From NCBI GenBank assembly GCA_964291625.2, contig OZ220090.1, positions 448,001-512,000 on the forward strand: a stretch of 64,000 bases of DNA. The letters run 5' to 3'. A program made the translations under genes and the position numbers. The stretch's first letter is position 1. Each line of letters begins with the position of its first letter. The notes beneath the pieces are model-generated. The model saw nothing but the letters and a program-made list of their open reading frames with translations. It was not told where the DNA came from and made no database searches. The DNA comes from Candidatus Latescibacterota bacterium (GTDB taxonomy: Bacteria; Latescibacterota; UBA2968; UBA8231). This document shows positions 50,494 to 60,285 of this stretch, piece by piece.

Positions 50494-50732
50494 AGCCGGG
50501 AGCACCGGTCGAGGTGGAGGGCCTCCGCGACGAGCCCCGCCGGCATCCGCTGATCTGGGTGGTGTACCTGTTGCTGTTCGTCGTGGCCGTTCCCTGGTAC
50601 TGGCCCACGGGCTACCGGGGTCCCCTCGTCCTCGGCCTGCCCCTGTGGGCCGCCGTGAGCCTGGGGGCGGTGGTGCTCATGGCCTTGTGGACCGCCTTCG
50701 TCATCCGGCGCTGGTGGCGGGAGGAGGACTGA
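50490..50732 (+). CDS. Small 2-TM protein, probable SSS accessory subunit
   Basis: VAVPWYW...LVLGLPLW hairpin directly upstream of the SSS gene; ATGA overlap. Confidence 0.7.
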   Translation: MKPGAPVEVEGLRDEPRRHPLIWVVYLLLFVVAVPWYWPTGYRGPLVLGLPLWAAVSLGAVVLMALWTAFVIRRWWREED

Positions 50733-52196
50733 GTGGAATCCGGATCCGGCTTCGGCACCGGCGCCCTCGTCGTCATCGGCCTCTACCTGGTGATGATGAT
50801 CGGCGTCGGCTGGATCGGGCGGCTGCGGCGCCAGAGCGACAGCATGGCCGACTTCTACCTGGCCGGCCGCTCCATGGGGCTGGCCGTGCTGCTGCTGACC
50901 CTCTACGCCACCCAGTACAGCGGCAACACCATGTTCGGGTACACCGGCAAGGCCTACCGGATCGGCTTCGAATGGACCGTCTCGATCCTCTTCATGTTCT
51001 CCATCATCGTCGGCTACCTCCTCTTCGCGCCGCGCCTGGTGGCCCTCGCCCGGCGCATGGAGTTCATCACACCCGGCGACTACATCCGGCACCGTTTCGG
51101 CTCGCCCTTGCTGACCCTGCTGGCCACCCTGCTCATGATCTACGCCCTCGGCAACTACACCCTGGCGCAGCTCAAGGCGATGGGGGCGGCCGTGGAGGGG
51201 ATCACCGACGGCGGCATCTCCTCGGCTTACGGCATCATCGCCCTGGCGGTCATCATGGTCGTCTACGAAACCCTCGGGGGGATGCGGTCGGTGGCCTGGA
51301 CGGATGCGATCCAGGGCGTCCTCCTGCTCGCCGGCTTCTCCATTCTCCTCTTCCTCGTGCCCGGCCTGGGCGGCGGCCTGACAGCCGTCGTCGAGAAGCT
51401 GAGCGTGGAAGCGCCGGAAATGGTGGGGGCGCCTTCCCTGGAGATCTGCAACACCTGGATCAGCTTCGTGGTGCTCCTCGGCTGCGGGGCTGCCATCTAC
51501 CCCCAGGCGATCCAGCGGCTCTACGCCAGCCGCTCGGTGAGCGTCCTCAAGCGGTCCCTCACGGTGATGGCCTTCCTGCCCCTGACCACGACCCTGATCG
51601 CCCTCCTCTGCGGGCTCACGGGAAGGGTGGTGCTTCCGGGCCTGGAGGGCGTGGCGACCGATCAGATCCTCGCCCGGCTGTGCGGCCTGATCATGGAGCA
51701 GTCCCTGGCGGGTTACTGGCTGGTCGTGGTGATCTTCGCGGCGGCCCTCGCCGCCCTGATGTCCACGGCCGACTCGGCGCTGCTGAGCATCTCCTCCATG
51801 TTCACGCGCGACATCTACCAGGTCCACTTCCGGCCGGGGGCGACCCAGCCCGAGCTCACATTGGTGGGCAAAATCGTCTCTTGGGTGGTGGTGGCCGTGC
51901 TGGTGGGCATCGCCATCGGTACCGAGAAGACCCTCGTGCGCCTTCTGGAGATCAAGTTCGAGGTCCTGATCCAGATCGTGCCCTGCTTCTTCCTCGGGCT
52001 CTACTGGCGGAGGCTGCGGACCTCCGTGGTCATCGCCGGACTGCTCGCCGGCCTGGCGGTCGCCCTCGGGCTGACCATCGCCGGCCAGAGCAAGCTCTAC
52101 GGGTTCCACGCCGGCGTCGTCGGCCTGGGCCTCAACTTTCTCATCTGCGCCGCCGGGTGCCTGGCGCCCCCCCAGAAGGAAGAGAGGAAGAATTGA
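50733..52196 (+). CDS. Sodium:solute symporter
   Basis: DFYLAGRS, ATQYSG, GGMRSVAWTDAIQG, QRLY, AALMSTADS. Confidence 0.92.
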   Translation: MESGSGFGTGALVVIGLYLVMMIGVGWIGRLRRQSDSMADFYLAGRSMGLAVLLLTLYATQYSGNTMFGYTGKAYRIGFEWTVSILFMFSIIVGYLLFAPRLVALARRMEFITPGDYIRHRFGSPLLTLLATLLMIYALGNYTLAQLKAMGAAVEGITDGGISSAYGIIALAVIMVVYETLGGMRSVAWTDAIQGVLLLAGFSILLFLVPGLGGGLTAVVEKLSVEAPEMVGAPSLEICNTWISFVVLLGCGAAIYPQAIQRLYASRSVSVLKRSLTVMAFLPLTTTLIALLCGLTGRVVLPGLEGVATDQILARLCGLIMEQSLAGYWLVVVIFAAALAALMSTADSALLSISSMFTRDIYQVHFRPGATQPELTLVGKIVSWVVVAVLVGIAIGTEKTLVRLLEIKFEVLIQIVPCFFLGLYWRRLRTSVVIAGLLAGLAVALGLTIAGQSKLYGFHAGVVGLGLNFLICAAGCLAPPQKEERKN

Positions 52197-53314
52197 GGAT
52201 CACATCGGTCGACATCTGGACCGTCGTGGTACCGACCATCCCGGGTCGCGTGCACAGCCCGGAGTGGGTCCCGGAGACGGGATGGGACCGGATGCCCAAG
52301 CACCTGCTGCGGCTGAACACCGACACCGAGCTGCACGGGATCGGGGAGACGGGGCGGGGGCTCCCCGTGGACCAGGTCCGGGAGGGGGCCCGCCTCCTCC
52401 TCGGGTCCGATCCCGAGCGCCTCTGCCTGCGGGACATCTATGCCGTGCCCGAGGGCCGGGTGCTCGACGGCACGGAACGGGGCGTTCCCGCCGTGCAGCA
52501 GGGTCCCGCCTATGCGGCCTTCGAGATGGCCGTCCTCGACCTGGTGGGCCGCGCCCGGCAGCTGCCCGTCCACGACCTGCTGGGAGGGGCCGTGCGCTCC
52601 CGGGTGCGCGCCGACTACTGGATCGGCCACCAGACCCCCGAGGACGGCCGGCGGTCGGTGGAGCGGGCCCTGCGGCTGGGCTTCCACGGCGTCAAGATCA
52701 AGTGCAAGCTGGACGAGCCGATGGAGGAGCGCCTGCGCGCCATGCGCGACGTGGCCGGCGTCGACTTCAAGGTCACCGTCGACCCCAACGAGCGCTTCCA
52801 CACGGCGGAGCAGGCGATCGAGCTGGCCCATCGCCTCGTGGCCCTGGGCAACGTCGAGGTCTTTGAGGACCCGATCCCCAAGAAGGACCTGGAGGGCTAC
52901 GTCCGCATCCACGAGGAGGTGGACGCGCCGATCGCCATGCACCTCGGGGACGGGCCTTCCATGCTCCGGGCGCTGGAGGCTGGATGCGTGGACTGCTTCA
53001 ACCTCGGCAGCGGCCCGGTCCGGATGCCCGGGCTCGCCCAGATCGCCGCCGCCGCGGGCATGCCCTGCTGGCACGGTTCCGGCAACGACCTCGGCATCAT
53101 CGACACCTCCTACATCCACGCCGCGGCGCTGGCCCCCGCCTGCACCATGGCCTCCGATTTCGTCGGCAGCTGGACCCGCGAGGACGACCTCATCGTCGAG
53201 CCGATCGAGTTCATCGACGGATACGTGGCCATCCCCGAGAAGCCGGGACTCGGGTGCGATCTGGACCTGGAGGCCCTCCCGAAGTACACCCGGGCCCACG
53301 AGGAGGTCCGGTGA
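52193..53314 (+). CDS. Enolase-superfamily enzyme
   Basis: TTG start; GIGE, EMAVLDLVG, KIK, VDPN, FEDP, PGLG. Confidence 0.85.
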   Translation: MRITSVDIWTVVVPTIPGRVHSPEWVPETGWDRMPKHLLRLNTDTELHGIGETGRGLPVDQVREGARLLLGSDPERLCLRDIYAVPEGRVLDGTERGVPAVQQGPAYAAFEMAVLDLVGRARQLPVHDLLGGAVRSRVRADYWIGHQTPEDGRRSVERALRLGFHGVKIKCKLDEPMEERLRAMRDVAGVDFKVTVDPNERFHTAEQAIELAHRLVALGNVEVFEDPIPKKDLEGYVRIHEEVDAPIAMHLGDGPSMLRALEAGCVDCFNLGSGPVRMPGLAQIAAAAGMPCWHGSGNDLGIIDTSYIHAAALAPACTMASDFVGSWTREDDLIVEPIEFIDGYVAIPEKPGLGCDLDLEALPKYTRAHEEVR

Positions 53315-55065
53315 CGGGGCCGGCCGCCCCGCAGCCGTCTCCCTTCAGCGCCGAGCTGCGGGACTGGAGGGGCGCCTTCGAGGACCGCGGCTCCGGCCTC
53401 GGCCGGGAGCTGAAGCGGCTCTACGGCGAGGAGGCCGAGGCCTGGCGGGTCCGCTACCAGGAGGCCCTCTCCCTCTTCGCCGAGTGTCACCCCGAAGGCG
53501 GTGAGGGACGCCGGCTGGTGATCAGCCGCTGCCCCGGACAGATGAACATCATGGGCATGCACATCGACTACGGAGGCATGCCCAGCCTGCGCCTGGCCGT
53601 GCGCGGCCACGACACGGTCACGGTGGCGGCGGCGCGCGACGACGACCGGGTGGCGCTGCACAGCATCTACCGCGGCGACGGGGGCGCCGGGCAGGACTTC
53701 GAACCCGTGAGCTTCCGCCTGTCCGACCTGGCTGCCGCCGAGCCGCTGGCCACGCGCCAGGACCTGATGGACTACGCCGGGACCCTGGGCACCCGCCGGG
53801 AGCGGGAGACGGGGAGCGCCATGGACGCCAGCTGGGGCATCCTGCCCCAGGGCCAGCTCGTCTATCTCGACAGCTGGCTGCGCCTGCGGGGGCGCCGGCC
53901 GTCGGGCATGGACGCCCTCCTCTTCAGCAACGTCTCGCCCTCCGGAGGCATGTCCTCCTCGTCGGCGCTGGTCATCTCCACCGCTTTCGCCGTCCTCGGC
54001 CTCCACGGCCTGCGGCCGGGCCGCGACATCTCCTGGGAGGACGTCATCGACGGCGTCGGCACCTCCGAGTGGATTCGGGGCACCCGGGGGGGCACGGCCG
54101 ACCACGGCGGCATGGTCCTGGGCCGGTCGGGACAGCTGGTCAGCGTCGGGGTCTTCCCCGCCCGGGACTGCGGCGCGGCGCCCCTGCCGGAGGAGTACGT
54201 GGCCATCCTCCTCGACAGCGGTGTGCCCCGGGTCTACGACGAGGCCGGCAAGGAGGAGACCGTCCTCGCCTACCCGCTGGGCACCTACCTGCTGCGGGAG
54301 GTGCTGCTGCCGACGCGTTTCGGCGCCCCGGGCTGGGAGGGCCTGGTCCCCGACTTCGGCGAGCGGATCCAGCTGATCCGCGACCTGACGCCGGAGAACC
54401 TGGGCCTCACCACGGCCCAGCTGTGCGAGCTGCTGGCCATGGTGCCGGAGCGCACCAGCCTCTCCGAGCTCGAAGCCAGCGCCCGCGATACCGGCGGCGG
54501 CGAGACCTTCGAGGAGATGCATCGGCGCGAGGTGGGAGAGCGCTTTCCCCATACCCGTCCCGACTCGCCGATCCTGCTGAGGCGGCGGTTCGTCTTCGGC
54601 CTCGCCGAGCAGGACCGCGTGGCGGCCGCCGTCGACCTCCTGGCCGCCGGAGACGCGGCCACCGCCTTCGACCTGGTCCGACTCTCCCACGCCGGCGACC
54701 GCGATGCCGAGGTGACCCGCGAGGAGCTGGCGGAGGTGGCCGAGGCTTCGCGCCGGGGCGACCCGCGGGGCCGTCTCGCCTTCGTGCCCGGCGGCTACGG
54801 ACGCATGACCGAGGCCTACGACCGTGTGGTGACGGCTCTGAACGACTTCCTCGAGACGTACGGGAAGGACGCCGGGGCGGTGCAGAGGCTGGGCGCCGGA
54901 TGGGGCGGCAACCTCGGCGGCCTGATCTCGCGCGGTTTCCTCTCCGGCCCCGAACGCGCTGCCCTGGAAGAGGTTATCGCCGATCTCGGCCTTCCCGAGG
55001 CGGATCTCGACCGGTCGGTGGCCACCCCGGGAGAGGGCGCTTGCCTGCTGACCCCTCCCTCGTAG
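53311..55065 (+). CDS. Atypical GHMP (galactokinase-like) kinase
   Basis: CPGQMNIMGMHIDY, SPSGGMSSSSAL, GTADH, SH, GAGWGG. Confidence 0.75.
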   Translation: MTGPAAPQPSPFSAELRDWRGAFEDRGSGLGRELKRLYGEEAEAWRVRYQEALSLFAECHPEGGEGRRLVISRCPGQMNIMGMHIDYGGMPSLRLAVRGHDTVTVAAARDDDRVALHSIYRGDGGAGQDFEPVSFRLSDLAAAEPLATRQDLMDYAGTLGTRRERETGSAMDASWGILPQGQLVYLDSWLRLRGRRPSGMDALLFSNVSPSGGMSSSSALVISTAFAVLGLHGLRPGRDISWEDVIDGVGTSEWIRGTRGGTADHGGMVLGRSGQLVSVGVFPARDCGAAPLPEEYVAILLDSGVPRVYDEAGKEETVLAYPLGTYLLREVLLPTRFGAPGWEGLVPDFGERIQLIRDLTPENLGLTTAQLCELLAMVPERTSLSELEASARDTGGGETFEEMHRREVGERFPHTRPDSPILLRRRFVFGLAEQDRVAAAVDLLAAGDAATAFDLVRLSHAGDRDAEVTREELAEVAEASRRGDPRGRLAFVPGGYGRMTEAYDRVVTALNDFLETYGKDAGAVQRLGAGWGGNLGGLISRGFLSGPERAALEEVIADLGLPEADLDRSVATPGEGACLLTPPS

Positions 55066-56252
55066 ACCAACCCCTGCTGGAGGGGGTCCGGGTTCTCGAC
55101 TTCACCCGGGTCCTGGCCGGTCCGTACGCGACGATGGTCCTGGCCGACCTCGGCGCCGAGGTGATCAAGATCGAGCTGCCCGGGCGCGGCGACGAGTCGA
55201 GGAACTTCGGACCCTTCATCGCCGGGAAGAGCGCCTACTACGCGAGCGTCAACCGCGGCAAGAAGTCGGTAACCCTCGACCTGCGCACCCCCCGCGGGTC
55301 CCGGCTGGCCATGGATCTCGTGGAACGATCCGACGTCCTGATGGAGAACTTCCGTCCCGGCAGCATGGCGCGCTTCGGGCTCGACTACGGCCGCGTCTCG
55401 GCGCGCAATCCCCGCCTGGTGTACGCGTCGATCTCCGGCTTCGGCCAGAGCGGGCCGTACTCCCACCGGCCGGCGTACGACGTGATCGTCCAGGCCATGA
55501 GCGGCCTCGCCTCGATCACGGGCCTGCCGGGCCAGCCGCCGGTCCGGGTCGGCTCGTCGACGGCCGACCTGAGCGCGGCCCTCTTCGCCTGCGTCGGGCT
55601 GCTGGCGGCCCTGGCGAGGGCCCGCGAGACCGGGCGGGGCCGACATCTGGACGTATCCATGCTCGACTGCCAGGTGGCCCTCCTGGAAAGCGCCATCGCC
55701 CGCTACGACGTGACGGAGCAGGTCCCGGGGCCGCTGGGATCCCGGCACCCGGCGATCACGCCCTTCCAGTTCTTCGCCGCCGCCGACGGCTGGGTGGTGG
55801 TGGCCGCCGGCAACGACCGGCTCTTCGACCGCCTGTGCCAGGTCCTGGGACGCCCCGAGCTGGTCGATGACGCCCGCTTCTCCAACAACGCCGTCCGTAC
55901 CGAACACCACGGCGACCTCGAGGCGGAGCTCTCGGCCTCCTTCGCCGGCGGTTCCGTGGCCGGGTGGCTCGACCGCCTGGAGAAGGCCGGGGTCCCCTGC
56001 GGCCCGGTGAACGACATGGCCGACCTAGCGCGGGACCCGCAGGTCCGCTCCCGCGGCCTGATCCGGCGGCAGCCGTGCGGCGGGGAGTCGGTGGCCGTTC
56101 CGGTCTCGCCCCTGCGCTATGCGGGTGAGGAGCGGGAGATCGATCCGAGGCCGGCGCCCGACCTCGGGGAGCACACGAAATCCGTCCTGCAGGAGCATCT
56201 GGGCCTCGATGCCGAGACCCTGGTCGCCCTGCGGCGGGACGGCGTCATCTGA
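55041..56252 (+). CDS. CoA-transferase family III (CaiB/BaiF)
   Basis: LEGVRVLDFTRVLAGP, NRGKKS, ENFRPG, SGFGQSGP, YD, APDLGEHT; TTG start after GGAGAGG. Confidence 0.9.
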   Translation: MPADPSLVDQPLLEGVRVLDFTRVLAGPYATMVLADLGAEVIKIELPGRGDESRNFGPFIAGKSAYYASVNRGKKSVTLDLRTPRGSRLAMDLVERSDVLMENFRPGSMARFGLDYGRVSARNPRLVYASISGFGQSGPYSHRPAYDVIVQAMSGLASITGLPGQPPVRVGSSTADLSAALFACVGLLAALARARETGRGRHLDVSMLDCQVALLESAIARYDVTEQVPGPLGSRHPAITPFQFFAAADGWVVVAAGNDRLFDRLCQVLGRPELVDDARFSNNAVRTEHHGDLEAELSASFAGGSVAGWLDRLEKAGVPCGPVNDMADLARDPQVRSRGLIRRQPCGGESVAVPVSPLRYAGEEREIDPRPAPDLGEHTKSVLQEHLGLDAETLVALRRDGVI

Positions 56253-56277
56253 CAACTCGATCGAAGAAAGGCGCGGG

Positions 56278-57177
56278 ATGATCCCCCTGATCAGCAGTCA
56301 GTGCTACGGCCCCCTGGAGATCTGTCATCTGCCGCGGCTGTGGTGGAAGGCGTCGCTGAACGCCGCCGGCCGCCTGGCCGAGGACTATCCGGAGTGCACG
56401 CCCGTCCTCGACAGCATGGTCCTCGACCTGCTCGGCCTCGACAAGGGGGCAGCCCTCGGGCACATCCACTCGGCGCGGCCCGACTATCTCTCCTTCGAGG
56501 CCTGGGTCCACCATCAGACGGGGGGCGGGCCCACCCGCGAACGGCTCGAGGAATGGAACGGCTCCATCCGCTCCCGGGTCCACCAGCAGTGGAAGATCGA
56601 CGACATCTACCCGACCCTCGGCTTCGACGGATCTGAGGGCATCACTTCAGCCGTGGTCCTCAACCACTTGGAGGACTGGCAGTTCTGGTATGCCCGGGAT
56701 CTGGGAGGAGAGGCGCTGGCGGCCTGGCCCGGCCGGACCGTTCCCCTGGTCTCCACCCTCGACTACGGTCTGCTGGGTGTCTGCCAGCTTCCGCGCACCT
56801 GGCACAAGGTGCTGCTCCAGGCGTCCGGCCTCCTGCACAGCGAGTACCCGGGACTTGGCGGCGGCCTCGACCGTCGGGTCGTCGTGGATGTCCTCGGCCT
56901 GGACCCCGACCGGGTCGTGGACCATCTGACCTCGGAGAGGCCCTCGTACCTCCGGTTCGAGGACTGGGTGCGGGAGCAGCTGGGGGGACGGGAGGTGAGC
57001 GGACCGGTGGCGGAGTGGAACGAGTACGTGCGAAACCGGACCCACCAGGCGGAGAAGCGGGCCGACATCCACGCCAACCTGGGGCGGGCCAACGACGGCT
57101 CGCTGCCGCAGTCGGCGGTGGTCCTCAACCACGTGGAGGACTGGCACTTCGCCCACGCCATCCTGTGGGCGGAGTGA
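56278..57177 (+). CDS. Internally duplicated DUF5069-like protein
   Basis: Two homologous halves: PL(I/V)S..G.L..C.LPR.W.K...YP...LD...LGLD...P.YL.FE.WV...EWN...SAVVLNH.EDW. Confidence 0.7.
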   Translation: MIPLISSQCYGPLEICHLPRLWWKASLNAAGRLAEDYPECTPVLDSMVLDLLGLDKGAALGHIHSARPDYLSFEAWVHHQTGGGPTRERLEEWNGSIRSRVHQQWKIDDIYPTLGFDGSEGITSAVVLNHLEDWQFWYARDLGGEALAAWPGRTVPLVSTLDYGLLGVCQLPRTWHKVLLQASGLLHSEYPGLGGGLDRRVVVDVLGLDPDRVVDHLTSERPSYLRFEDWVREQLGGREVSGPVAEWNEYVRNRTHQAEKRADIHANLGRANDGSLPQSAVVLNHVEDWHFAHAILWAE

Positions 57178-57196
57178 GGCTTCCCCGGGGGCGGGC

Positions 57197-58759
57197 TCAG
57201 GGCTGAAAGACCAGGGCCCGTCCGGGAAGGGGATCGGCCAGATCGGCAACGGCCTGACCGCCGTCGATCACGGGTGTCCCGTTGACGAGGACATGGTCGA
57301 TGCCCACGGGCAACTGCCGGGGATCGTCGTAGGTGGCCCGGTCGGTCACCGTGTCGGCGTCGAAGACGACGAGATCGCCGAACCAGCCCTCCCGCACCTG
57401 TCCCCGCTCGGCGCATCCGAAACGCCGGGCGGGCCGGTCGCTGAGCCTGGCCACCGCCTCCTCGAGGCTGAACAGGCCCTGGTCGCGCACGCAGGGCCCG
57501 AGGAGGCGCGGTGCCGAGCCGTACATCCTCGGGTGCACCTGGCCGTCGGGGAAGTAGATGCCGTCGGTGCCCATGACATAGCAGTCGTGGGCGAGGAACG
57601 GCGCGATCGGCTCGTCGGCGCCGTGGTGGAAGACCAGGAGGACGGCCAGGTTCTCCTCGATCAGCAGGTCGCACAGGGCGTCCTCCGGGGACTTGCCCAC
57701 CTCGGCCACGTACTCCGAGAGCAGCCTCCCGATGTAGCGCTGGTTGTCCCGTGACGGCAGCCAGGCGATGTGGGCACTCTCCAGCCGCGTCCGGGACAGG
57801 TCGCGGGCGAACTCACGCCGCAGCCGGCGGTCCGTGAGCTTGCCGAGGACCGCGAGCGATCCCTCCTCCCACACCTCGTGGGGCAGCAGGAAGTTGAGCA
57901 TCGTCGACCCGGGCAGGTACGGGTAGACGTCGAAGGAGAAGCTCACCTCCTGGCGGGCGGTGCCGTCGACGTACTCCAGCAGTCCGTCGATCTGCTCCGG
58001 TGTCGTGCCCTTCAGGTGGGAGATATGGACGGGCACGCCGGCGCGGCGCCCGATCTCCACCGCCTCGGCCACGCCCTCCAGGGTCCCCTTCCGGTAGCGC
58101 ACGTGGCTGACGTAGAGCCCGTGGGGCGCCATCGGCTCGCAGACCTCGACCAGCTCGTCCAGGGTGGCGAACCACTGGGGCATGTACTCGATGCCCGTGG
58201 ACAGCCCCACCGCCCCTTCCGCCATGCCCTGCTCCACCTCGGCCCGTATCCGGGTCATCTGGAAGTCGTCGGGAACGGCGCGGCTCCAGCCCATGGCCAT
58301 GGCGCGCACATTGCCGTACGGCAGGTGGGTGATCGCGTTCTGCGCCGTGCGCCGGTGCAGGCCCTGCATGTAGTCGGCCAGGGAGCGCCAGCCGTCGTAC
58401 TCCTCGAAGAGCAGTCCGTTCAGGGCCCGCATGTAGTGGATCCACTCCGGCGCCGTCTCCTCGTCGACGGGGGCGTAGGAGATCCCGTCGGCCATGATCA
58501 CTTCGGTGGTGAAGCCCTGGGCGGTCTTCGGGACCAGGTGGGGGATCTTGCGCAGCCAGGCGTCCGAGTGGTTGTGGACGTCCACGAATCCCGGCGCCAC
58601 GATGAGGCCCGAGGCGTCGATGCGCCGTCCCGCCTCGGCGCCCGAGAGGTCCTCGGCGACGGCCGCGACGCGCTCCCCCCGCAGGCCGACGTCGGCGCGT
58701 TTCCGCGGCGCCCCGGTGCCGTCGATGACCGTGCCGCCGGCGATGACCATGTCGAACAT
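57197..58759 (-). CDS. N-acyl-D-amino-acid deacylase (D-aminoacylase) family
   Basis: GGTVIDGTG, PGFVDVHNHSD, GLSTG, HISHLK, DVYPY, GTDG, HPRMYG. Confidence 0.9.
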   Translation of the reverse strand: MFDMVIAGGTVIDGTGAPRKRADVGLRGERVAAVAEDLSGAEAGRRIDASGLIVAPGFVDVHNHSDAWLRKIPHLVPKTAQGFTTEVIMADGISYAPVDEETAPEWIHYMRALNGLLFEEYDGWRSLADYMQGLHRRTAQNAITHLPYGNVRAMAMGWSRAVPDDFQMTRIRAEVEQGMAEGAVGLSTGIEYMPQWFATLDELVEVCEPMAPHGLYVSHVRYRKGTLEGVAEAVEIGRRAGVPVHISHLKGTTPEQIDGLLEYVDGTARQEVSFSFDVYPYLPGSTMLNFLLPHEVWEEGSLAVLGKLTDRRLRREFARDLSRTRLESAHIAWLPSRDNQRYIGRLLSEYVAEVGKSPEDALCDLLIEENLAVLLVFHHGADEPIAPFLAHDCYVMGTDGIYFPDGQVHPRMYGSAPRLLGPCVRDQGLFSLEEAVARLSDRPARRFGCAERGQVREGWFGDLVVFDADTVTDRATYDDPRQLPVGIDHVLVNGTPVIDGGQAVADLADPLPGRALVFQP

Positions 58760-60159
58760 CAGAGCACCTCCACTTCCAGGTCGTCGAACCAGGAGGTGCC
58801 GGCGCCGTCCTGGCGCAGGACGATGGCCACGGCGCTGACCTCCGGCGGCGAGGGGCCGCGGATCTCGACGGCCAGGCGGGTCCATCCCCGGGTCCCCGTG
58901 AGACGCTCGGAGCAGACCAGGGGATAGCGCTCCGGGTGGTTGTAGATGATCCAGCGCAGGGCCAGGCAGGCGCCGCGGCCGGAGACGGATTCGGTGCGCA
59001 CCCAGAGGGAGACCCTGAAGCCGGTCTCCGCCTGCCAGCGCTGGGTGAAGGCCCCCTCGCCCTCGCGGTCCATCGACCACTCGGTGACCCCGGCGGTCTC
59101 CCGGTGGATCTTGAGGGAGCAGTCGTCGCCGCGGCCGTGGTCGCGGCACCACTCGGCGCCGTCGCCGGCCGGCAGCCATGGCCAGGGGTCCAGCTCGCCG
59201 GCCGGCTCGTCGAGGCGCAGGGGCTTCTCGAAGCTCGAGCGGCGCTCGTACCGCGGCAGCTCGCGGAAGCCGGCGTACTCCACCGGCGGCACGGGTTCGG
59301 CCCGGCTGCGGAGCTCGGCCACCTTCTCATCCGGGCACAGGCGGATGCGGAAGCGCTCGCAGATCGGTTCGTAGAGCTCGCCGGCGCCATAGCGGGCGCC
59401 CAGATGGATGTCGTATCCCCAGTTGCAGACCGAGGCCGAGGTCCTGGCCGCGGTGTCGCCGGGGAACTCGAAGGCGGGGTTGTGGCCGGGGTCCGCGGCC
59501 AGCACGAAGAGGCCGCCCTCGCGGAAGGATCGAGGACTGGGGATGCCGGTGGCCATGTGGTTCAGCGGCATCTGCCAGGCCGTGCCGTCGGCGGGCTCGG
59601 CCAGCAGGTGGGTGTAGCCGTTGGCGGACCAGGCCCCCTCGAAGGCGAGAGTCGGAGCGGGGACATCGCAGTACCAGGGATCGCTGTACTCGAAGGTGAC
59701 CTGCTCCACCCCCGGCCGGTGGAAGACCTCCGGGCTGTGCAGTTCCAGGTGGCAGGCGAAGTCGTAGACGTAGGAGCCCAGCCTCTCGTCCCAGGTCACG
59801 GTGAGGACCCGGCGGGAGGTGGCCACGCCTCCGGGGTCGGCGGTGGTCACGGTCACCGTGAGGCGGCCGGTGCCGCGCCCGTCGACGGTGACATCGATGA
59901 GGTCGGTGGTGATGATGTGGCCGTCCAGATTCCAGAACAGCTGGGTGCCGGCCACCAGGGGACGGCCGCCCGGGGAGAGCCTCAGATCCCGCAGGACGAC
60001 CGGTTTCAGGTTGCGGTCGAAGTAGCGCAGGTTCTGCTCCGGCTGCTCCACCACCGCCCGCTCGAGGCGGGCGATCGGCTCGTCGCCGTCGCAGATCCAC
60101 TCCTCGCCGGCCGTCACGCCGCCCCGGGTCACGAGGTCGAAGCGGCTCCGGTGGCCCAT
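58759..60159 (-). CDS. Hypothetical protein with C-terminal carbohydrate-binding-like jelly-roll domain
   Basis: Start MGHRSRF after GGAGG; C-terminal FRVSLWVRT...GTRGWTRL...GTSWFDDLEV resembles CBM4/9-type modules. Confidence 0.6.
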   Translation of the reverse strand: MGHRSRFDLVTRGGVTAGEEWICDGDEPIARLERAVVEQPEQNLRYFDRNLKPVVLRDLRLSPGGRPLVAGTQLFWNLDGHIITTDLIDVTVDGRGTGRLTVTVTTADPGGVATSRRVLTVTWDERLGSYVYDFACHLELHSPEVFHRPGVEQVTFEYSDPWYCDVPAPTLAFEGAWSANGYTHLLAEPADGTAWQMPLNHMATGIPSPRSFREGGLFVLAADPGHNPAFEFPGDTAARTSASVCNWGYDIHLGARYGAGELYEPICERFRIRLCPDEKVAELRSRAEPVPPVEYAGFRELPRYERRSSFEKPLRLDEPAGELDPWPWLPAGDGAEWCRDHGRGDDCSLKIHRETAGVTEWSMDREGEGAFTQRWQAETGFRVSLWVRTESVSGRGACLALRWIIYNHPERYPLVCSERLTGTRGWTRLAVEIRGPSPPEVSAVAIVLRQDGAGTSWFDDLEVEVL

Positions 60160-60285
60160 GGAGATCCTCCGTCGAATCGGTGCAATCGAGTCTGGGAAGG
60201 GGAGGCCGCAAGATACCCCCGCCCCACCAGGTCGGCAACCGCCGTCGATTGACAGGGCCGGAGCCCGGAGCTTCATATATCGCCC

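Noticed and set aside
46597-50505. Giant overlapping ORFs of 1298 aa (+) and 1154 aa (-)
   Set aside because: Each is a real gene (FGGY kinase, RNB nuclease) extended through the antisense of its divergent neighbour
60249-60280. TTGACA promoter upstream of the amidohydrolase gene
   Set aside because: No convincing -10 hexamer at 16-18 nt spacing; left uncalled
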